Of a DNA stretch of 64,000 bases, positions 58,434 to 64,000 are shown piece after piece. How positions within the stretch are numbered: the stretch's first letter is position 1; the number at the start of each line of letters is the position of its first letter. The notes beneath the pieces were generated by a model. The model did not search any database. It was given only the letters and a program-made list of their open reading frames with translations, and was not told the DNA's origin. Source of the DNA: Bacteroidales bacterium UBA5762. GTDB taxonomy: Bacteria > Bacteroidota > Bacteroidia > Bacteroidales > TTA-H9. The stretch spans positions 31,062-95,061 of the forward strand of contig DIEY01000003.1 of NCBI GenBank assembly GCA_002418865.1. The letters are read 5' to 3'. Both the position numbers and the translations under genes were made by a program.

Positions 58434-59786
58434 TTAACCAAAAATATACCGAATCATTTCATCCATACGATCTACTGGAATAATTTCCATGTTTTTATTT
58501 TGAGCGAATGACTTTTTATAGGCAAAACGCGAGATAATCATTTTTTTGAAACCTGACTTTTGTGCTTCTGCTATTCTAACATCGAGACGGGTAGCTGGCC
58601 TTATTTCACCCGAAAGCCCAATTTCAGCAGCAAAGCATAAATGAAGGGGCAAAGGAATATCTTCTGAAGACGACAGTAAGGCAGCTGATATGGCAAGATC
58701 GGCGGCAGGATCGTCGAGATGAATGCCCCCGGCTACATTCAGAAATACATCTTTACTCGAAAACCTAAATCCTAATCGTTTTTCCAAAACTGCCAAAATC
58801 ATATTCATGCGACGATAATCGAAACCTGTGGCAGAGCGTTGAGGAACACCAAAGCTTGAATTGGCCACAAGCGCCTGCACTTCGGCTAACATCGGCCGCA
58901 AACCTTCAACAACAGAAGCTATGGCTATTCCAGAAATATTGTCGGAATGTTGAGATATGAGCAATTCGGAAGGATTGGTAATTTCTCTCAATCCATTGGC
59001 ATTCATTTCAAAAATACCCAATTCGTTGGTCGAACCAAAACGATTTTTCATGGTACGTAAAATTCGATACCCATGATTGCGGTCTCCTTCAAACTGTAAA
59101 ACTGTATCTACCATATGTTCTAATACCTTAGGGCCTGCAAGCGTTCCATCCTTTGTAATATGACCAATTAAGATTACAGGAATATTGGTTGTTTTGGCAT
59201 ATTTTTGCAACTGTGCTGTGCATTCGCGCACTTGTGAAATACTTCCGGCTGGGCTGCCAATAATTTCCGTTTGCAAGGTTTGAATAGAATCGATAATCAA
59301 AATTTGAGGCTGCAATTGTTCGGCTTGTTGGAAAACTTCTTCAAGTTGTGAATCGGTAAAGATATAACATTGAGAATCATTTTTATGAAGTCTTTCGGCC
59401 CTCAGATGTAATTGAAGCTCCGACTCTTCGCCCGATACATACATAATTTTGTACTGTTTCATATCGAGGGCAACTTGCAGCAATAATGTTGATTTTCCTA
59501 TCCCTGGTTCACCTCCAATAAGGATAATGGAACCTGGAACAAAACCCCCTCCTAAAACTCTATCAAATTCGGAAGAATTGGTCGAAATTCTGATTTCTTG
59601 AATTGTTGGAACAGCGTCAATATGAATGGCTTGGTGTAAGCTTGTACTTTTTTTGTTCGTACTTCCCGATCTGCGGATAACTTCTTCTACATAAGTATTC
59701 CATTCGCCACAAACAGGACAGCGTCCAATCCATTTAGGGGACTCTGCACCACAATTACTACAGAAAAATGTACTTCTGGCCTTCAT
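58434..59786 (-). CDS. radA: DNA repair protein RadA
   Basis: Zn ribbon CSNCGAESPKWIGRCPVCGEWNT, Walker A GGEPGIGKST, the KNRFG motif and a Lon-like C-terminal domain. Confidence 0.95.
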   Translation of the reverse strand: MKARSTFFCSNCGAESPKWIGRCPVCGEWNTYVEEVIRRSGSTNKKSTSLHQAIHIDAVPTIQEIRISTNSSEFDRVLGGGFVPGSIILIGGEPGIGKSTLLLQVALDMKQYKIMYVSGEESELQLHLRAERLHKNDSQCYIFTDSQLEEVFQQAEQLQPQILIIDSIQTLQTEIIGSPAGSISQVRECTAQLQKYAKTTNIPVILIGHITKDGTLAGPKVLEHMVDTVLQFEGDRNHGYRILRTMKNRFGSTNELGIFEMNANGLREITNPSELLISQHSDNISGIAIASVVEGLRPMLAEVQALVANSSFGVPQRSATGFDYRRMNMILAVLEKRLGFRFSSKDVFLNVAGGIHLDDPAADLAISAALLSSSEDIPLPLHLCFAAEIGLSGEIRPATRLDVRIAEAQKSGFKKMIISRFAYKKSFAQNKNMEIIPVDRMDEMIRYIFG

Positions 59787-59827
59787 ACATTGATGGTGAT
59801 CGATCAGTGACCGAAATTACTTAAAAT

Positions 59828-60328
59828 TCAAGAACCTTGTCGTATTTTTTTTTCTATAAAACTTGTTGAATATCCTTGCAGATAAGGAAGAGTTACCACT
59901 TCGCCACCATTTCCGGTAACTATATCAGCTCCAACGATTTTCTCTGGTTTATAATCGGCTCCTTTCACCAGAATATCTGGCTGAATTAATCGAATGAGTT
60001 CTAAAGGGGTTTCCTGATCGAAAATGATAACCGCATCTACGAATAAAAAACTCGCAAGAAGTAAAGACCTGCTATTTTGATCCATGATAGGCCTCCCCTC
60101 TCCTTTTATGCGACGTGCACTGTCGTCGGAATTCAATCCAACCGCCAACACATCACCCAATTCAGCGGCACGAGTCAAATAATCGATGTGTCCCAAATGA
60201 ACCAAGTCGAAACAACCATTGGTAAAAACGATTTTTAAATTCTTGAATCTCCAGTGAGCCACCAGACGCTGTAATTCGACCGAATCGCTACTAAAGACTT
60301 TCTTCTGTACTAAATATTCTAAATCCAT
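59828..60328 (-). CDS. D-glycero-beta-D-manno-heptose-1-phosphate adenylyltransferase-like cytidylyltransferase (RfaE domain II type)
   Basis: VFTNGCFDLVHLGHIDYL (HxGH nucleotidyltransferase motif). About 160 aa. Confidence 0.78.
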   Translation of the reverse strand: MDLEYLVQKKVFSSDSVELQRLVAHWRFKNLKIVFTNGCFDLVHLGHIDYLTRAAELGDVLAVGLNSDDSARRIKGEGRPIMDQNSRSLLLASFLFVDAVIIFDQETPLELIRLIQPDILVKGADYKPEKIVGADIVTGNGGEVVTLPYLQGYSTSFIEKKIRQGS

Positions 60329-61331
60329 ACGAAACTTTATTATTAACGGGTAAAATAATCAATGATAATAGACCGGCAATGACAAGCATTACGGTTTGTG
60401 TAGCCCATAATAACCATCCCATGGCATAGCCGATGATGGAACTAATGCCATAAATAAAGAGGGTTTCGGCAACTATGGCCGGATATACACCTATTCCTCC
60501 TTGCACTAAAATGATTCCTATCGAACCAAAAACCAAAACTGCTAACCCAGCCCCCAAGCTTAAGCCAGAAGTCTCGGGCAAGCTCAGAAATACAATCCAC
60601 GACATGAAGAAATAAGCAATCCAAATGAAAAAAGTATGAAAAATAAATTCAAACGGCCGTTTCATTTTAAAAATAGACCAGATGCCGTCCCACATTCCTT
60701 GCCCCATGTCCCTAAGTTTTCGAACAAATTTAAATCGATAGAATTTTCTACGAAAAACAACTAATAAAACGATTAAAAGCACTATAACACCTATAATGGC
60801 CCACCTCAACATACTAACATTTTCGACCGATCCAAGGGAATTCATCAAGGGTGTATATATTTTTTCATTGACATATTGTCGAATAAGATCAATCTGAAGG
60901 ATGAGATTAAGAATAAATAAAAAAATAAAGACGAGCAAGTCGAGAGTTCTTTCGGTAATGACTGTACCAAGCGATTTATTGAAAGGGATTTTTTCGTAGC
61001 GAGCCAGCACGCCGCAGCGCCCAAGTTCACCCAAACGAGGTAAAGCCAAATTGACAAAATAACCTACAAAAACAGCCATTAAAACATTTGAATATCGAGG
61101 TTTATATCCCATAGATTCCATCAGTATGACCCAACGCCTGGCCCTCGACGCATGACTGGCCAATCCTATACAGATTGAAACAGCTATCCAAAAATAATTG
61201 GCGCGACGAAAAGAAGCAATAATTTCACTTCGTTCTTGAGGGGTGAGGTTACGAACAAAAATCCAAATAAAAAAAACACCAATAGCAAGGAAAAATAAAA
61301 AACGAAATACATTCAGTAATTTCTTCCTCAT
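60291..61331 (-). CDS. Lysylphosphatidylglycerol-synthase-TM-region / UPF0104 flippase-like membrane protein
   Basis: About eight TM helices, an N-terminal basic stretch, and RARRW after TM2, as in the family. Confidence 0.6.
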   Translation of the reverse strand: MRKKLLNVFRFLFFLAIGVFFIWIFVRNLTPQERSEIIASFRRANYFWIAVSICIGLASHASRARRWVILMESMGYKPRYSNVLMAVFVGYFVNLALPRLGELGRCGVLARYEKIPFNKSLGTVITERTLDLLVFIFLFILNLILQIDLIRQYVNEKIYTPLMNSLGSVENVSMLRWAIIGVIVLLIVLLVVFRRKFYRFKFVRKLRDMGQGMWDGIWSIFKMKRPFEFIFHTFFIWIAYFFMSWIVFLSLPETSGLSLGAGLAVLVFGSIGIILVQGGIGVYPAIVAETLFIYGISSIIGYAMGWLLWATQTVMLVIAGLLSLIILPVNNKVSYGFRIFSTEESL

Positions 61332-61333
61332 TA

Positions 61334-61681
61334 CTATGTAAGTTGATTATTCTTTCCAGGGAAAATAATAGTGGGTTTAAACTTTTTGGCCTCTTCAAAA
61401 TCCATACTGGCGTATGAAACAATAATCACCAAATCACCAATAGCCACCATACGCGCTGCTGCTCCATTAATGGCTATCACCCCACTTCCTCTTTTCCCCT
61501 TTATTACATAGGTTTCAAAACGTTGTCCATTATTGATATTGTAAATAAATACCCTTTCATTTTCGATGATATTGGCTGCATCCATTAAATCTTCATCAAT
61601 GGTTATGCTTCCAATATAATTCAAGTCGGCATCTGTTACAATAGCCCTATGAATTTTCGATTTCAATATTTCAATCATCAT
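61334..61681 (-). CDS. panD: Aspartate 1-decarboxylase
   Basis: [24 protein letters not shown] contains the self-processing G-S site. Confidence 0.93.
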   Translation of the reverse strand: MMIEILKSKIHRAIVTDADLNYIGSITIDEDLMDAANIIENERVFIYNINNGQRFETYVIKGKRGSGVIAINGAAARMVAIGDLVIIVSYASMDFEEAKKFKPTIIFPGKNNQLT

Positions 61682-61736
61682 AACACAGTCCTGAAGATAA
61701 ATTTCACAATTAAACCGTAATATAACAGAGAAATCA

Positions 61737-62585
61737 TCATGATGTTTTAAGAAGCATATTGTCGATTAAACGAACTTCACCCAAATACGCGGCTATAAAT
61801 GCTCTTATACTTTTAGCCTCATCCCAATCTTTGATGGGTTGAAGCGTTGTAGCATCGGCTATTTCGAAATATTCGAGCCTAAATGCTGGATGCTTTTGAA
61901 ACCTTTGAATAATCTCATTCTTTAGATCTTCGACTGGTATTATTCCGGCGTGATCACGCGCAAAAACGAGGTTTTGATATATAAATGAGGCCTGAGCGCG
62001 TTCAAACTCCGAGAGTCGCAGATTGCGCGAACTCATGGCCAATCCATCTATTTCTCTTACGATAGGGCAACCAATAATCTCAATGGGAAGCTGAAGCTGC
62101 TCGGTCATTTTCCGTATGATTATCATTTGTTGATAATCCTTTTCGCCAAAATAGGCTCGATGAGGATGAAGGATATCGAAAAAGCGACAAACTACTGTAG
62201 CTACACCATTAAAATGCCCCGGACGATAATATCCTTCCATCACCTCTTCCAAAGGACCGAAAGAATAAATTTCGGTTGGAGGTTTAGGATACATTTCTTC
62301 TACACTTGGTGCAAAAACCACATCACAATGTTGCGATTGAAGAAGCTCTAAGTCTTTATCTAAGTTTCGAGGGTATTTTTGCAGATCTTCAGAACTATTG
62401 AATTGTATAGGATTGACAAAAATACTAACGATGGTTATGTCGTTTTGTTGAGTAGAAAATTCTACCAATGACAGATGGCCCTTATGTAAGGCACCCATCG
62501 TTGGAACGAATCCAATTTTTTCCCCCTTCGATCTTGCTTCAAGAGAATACTTCTTAGCATCTGCCCGAGTTGTAAGCAACTGCAT
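61737..62585 (-). CDS. panC: Pantoate-beta-alanine ligase
   Basis: [13 protein letters not shown] (HxGH), FVNPIQF and MSSRN. Confidence 0.93.
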   Translation of the reverse strand: MQLLTTRADAKKYSLEARSKGEKIGFVPTMGALHKGHLSLVEFSTQQNDITIVSIFVNPIQFNSSEDLQKYPRNLDKDLELLQSQHCDVVFAPSVEEMYPKPPTEIYSFGPLEEVMEGYYRPGHFNGVATVVCRFFDILHPHRAYFGEKDYQQMIIIRKMTEQLQLPIEIIGCPIVREIDGLAMSSRNLRLSEFERAQASFIYQNLVFARDHAGIIPVEDLKNEIIQRFQKHPAFRLEYFEIADATTLQPIKDWDEAKSIRAFIAAYLGEVRLIDNMLLKTS

Positions 62586-62591
62586 CTCGAT

Positions 62592-63122
62592 TTATTTCTG
62601 TTTCACAATATTGAGCAAATCGGCTTCAGGCCGGTTGGTAAATCTTTCTACTATACGTCCAATTTCCTTACCATTTCTATATAAGATAATAGTAGGAATC
62701 TTCTCGATATTGTATTTTTTTATATTGATATTACCAGCTTTTTTGTTTTTATCTACAGCAATCATTTCGAATTTTTCTGGATTAAGTGGGTCATATTCGG
62801 CCGTGTAGAGAACATTTAAAAGACGTGGTATTTCTTCCTGTGTGTCTGAACACCATGTACCCATAATTACTCTGAAAGTAATATCATCTAAGTATGGTTT
62901 CAAGGCTTGTACCAGAGAATCATTGGGTTCATAGTTATGAAGTCCATTATTATAAAAATCCTTGAAAATGTCGGCTTTTAGACCCTCCACATTCACATAG
63001 CCAATGTAGATATCTTCGCCTGTAGTTTCATCTTTAACAACTTGATTGTAAACTTTTTCGTGTTTGCAGCTCATCAGAGTAATCAATACAATTGCCAAAC
63101 TCCAGAAGGTTATTTTTTTCAT
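62592..63122 (-). CDS. Thioredoxin-fold lipoprotein (monothiol WCSDT motif)
   Basis: The internal start MKKITFW has the lipobox LMSC. The thioredoxin-like core has WCSDT where WCxxC is expected. Confidence 0.6.
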   Translation of the reverse strand: MKKITFWSLAIVLITLMSCKHEKVYNQVVKDETTGEDIYIGYVNVEGLKADIFKDFYNNGLHNYEPNDSLVQALKPYLDDITFRVIMGTWCSDTQEEIPRLLNVLYTAEYDPLNPEKFEMIAVDKNKKAGNINIKKYNIEKIPTIILYRNGKEIGRIVERFTNRPEADLLNIVKQK

Positions 63123-63164
63123 GGTGGTAGATTTTTTACATTTTAATGATAAAGAAAACATAAT

Positions 63165-63422
63165 TTAATCATTTGCAAAATTGACAGCTTCAACCGATTT
63201 AATTTCTGGTATAGCCTTAATCATAGCTTGTTCGACTCCATTTTTGAGGGTCATGATACTGAAAGGGCAAGCGCCACAAGCTCCAACAAGTTTTACGTTG
63301 ACTTTCATATCGTCGGTAAGATTAAGGAATTCAATATCTCCGCCATCGCGTTGAAGATAAGGACGAATCTGAGCAATGACATTACGAACCTTGTTTTCAA
63401 TTTCTAAGTTATTCATAAACAT
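63165..63422 (-). CDS. NifU C-terminal-domain (Nfu-type) Fe-S cluster scaffold/carrier
   Basis: IRPYLQRDGGDIEF...VKLVGACGACP, a CxxC motif in Nfu context. Confidence 0.8.
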   Translation of the reverse strand: MFMNNLEIENKVRNVIAQIRPYLQRDGGDIEFLNLTDDMKVNVKLVGACGACPFSIMTLKNGVEQAMIKAIPEIKSVEAVNFAND

Positions 63423-63450
63423 TTGATTTATATTAAATTATATCAATACT

Positions 63451-63483
63451 TGCGGGTCGGAAAAGTTTCTTTTCCGACCCGCA
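63451..63483 (-). terminator. Perfect 15-bp hairpin between the M49-like gene and nfu (probable terminator or processing site; no clean U-tract)
   Basis: TGCGGGTCGGAAAAG-TTT-CTTTTCCGACCCGCA, 50 nt downstream of the upstream gene's stop. Confidence 0.45.
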
Positions 63484-63533
63484 AAATTACTCCTTTTTAG
63501 TAAACTAAGACAATAATTTTGAACGAATTTAAA

Positions 63534-64000
63534 TTAGAGCCCAAGCACCTTTGGCCCTTGTTCGAAAACTATATCCTTGGGGATTCCGGCTTGGGCAACC
63601 TTGTCGAGCGTAGTTTGCATTTTTGGAGGAATATTACCCATATCGGCAATCAATTGTTTGGCCCTCTGATAATCACCATCACCTTGAATCTGAATGATTA
63701 AAGCCGAAAGATCACTAACTGCCTTTTTCATCTTTTCAAAATCTATACTATAAGTGCCAGTAGAAGGATCTATTTTGATGGCTTCATTTTGTAAAAAATA
63801 ATTAAATTGAATCATGTTAGCTTTACCGTGGGCACTTGACGCTCCAAACCTAACACTGCGAAAAATACCTGCCAAAAATGTAACATAATTTTCCATAAGA
63901 TCTCGATTGCTCATTTCTCCAATAGTGTGCATAGTAGTGATTAAATGCAAACCGGTGATATCGGCCTTGGCCTCTTCAAGCGTACTATAGGTATCCTTAA
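63534..64000 (-). CDS. Peptidase M49 (dipeptidyl-peptidase III)-like zinc hydrolase, C-terminal part (runs off the window)
   Basis: The frame stays open to base 64000 (KDTYSTLEEAKADITGLHL...). EEAKAD matches the second DPP III zinc motif EExR(K)AE(D). Confidence 0.5.
   Translation of the reverse strand, partial: KDTYSTLEEAKADITGLHLITTMHTIGEMSNRDLMENYVTFLAGIFRSVRFGASSAHGKANMIQFNYFLQNEAIKIDPSTGTYSIDFEKMKKAVSDLSALIIQIQGDGDYQRAKQLIADMGNIPPKMQTTLDKVAQAGIPKDIVFEQGPKVLGL

Overview
This is a low-GC chromosomal segment, most consistent with Bacteroidota. Supporting signs are a type III glutamine synthetase, several matches to the Bacteroidetes -33 TTTG / -7 TAnnTTTG promoter consensus, no obvious Shine-Dalgarno use, and many lipoprotein or outer-membrane genes. 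I count about 57 protein-coding genes and 3 tRNAs (Val-TAC, His-GTG, Leu-TAG). I found no rRNA, CRISPR array, transposase or integrase. Most of the window is tightly packed housekeeping: glnN, lepB, recQ, hup, fmt, folC, lplA, mtaB, lgt, suhB, rlmN, tig-clpP-clpX, pfk, pcm, rimP-nusA-infB, purA, fur, relA/spoT, radA, panD-panC and nfu. The only accessory-looking block lies at about 24.8-34.3 kb. It holds a four-gene minus-strand operon (24833-30806). The operon encodes a processive QxxRW family-2 glycosyltransferase, a multi-CxxC zinc-ribbon protein with a dead GGDEF-like C-terminus, a HlyD-type periplasmic adaptor, and a 708-aa protein. The 708-aa protein appears to fuse a TolC-like N-terminal half to a (beta/alpha)8 glycoside-hydrolase-like C-terminal domain. 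I read this as a candidate envelope-spanning tripartite exopolysaccharide synthase and export system with its own regulator, and it is the best candidate here for an undescribed system. A soluble PAS histidine kinase with an N-terminal pseudo-receiver is transcribed divergently across a 580-bp spacer. Secondary observations are a sigma-54 activator without a DNA-binding domain, a small stand-alone RelA/SpoT-type HD protein, a terminator-like hairpin in the rimP-nusA-infB leader, and several strong intergenic hairpins. All functional calls come from reading motifs by eye. No database search was run.
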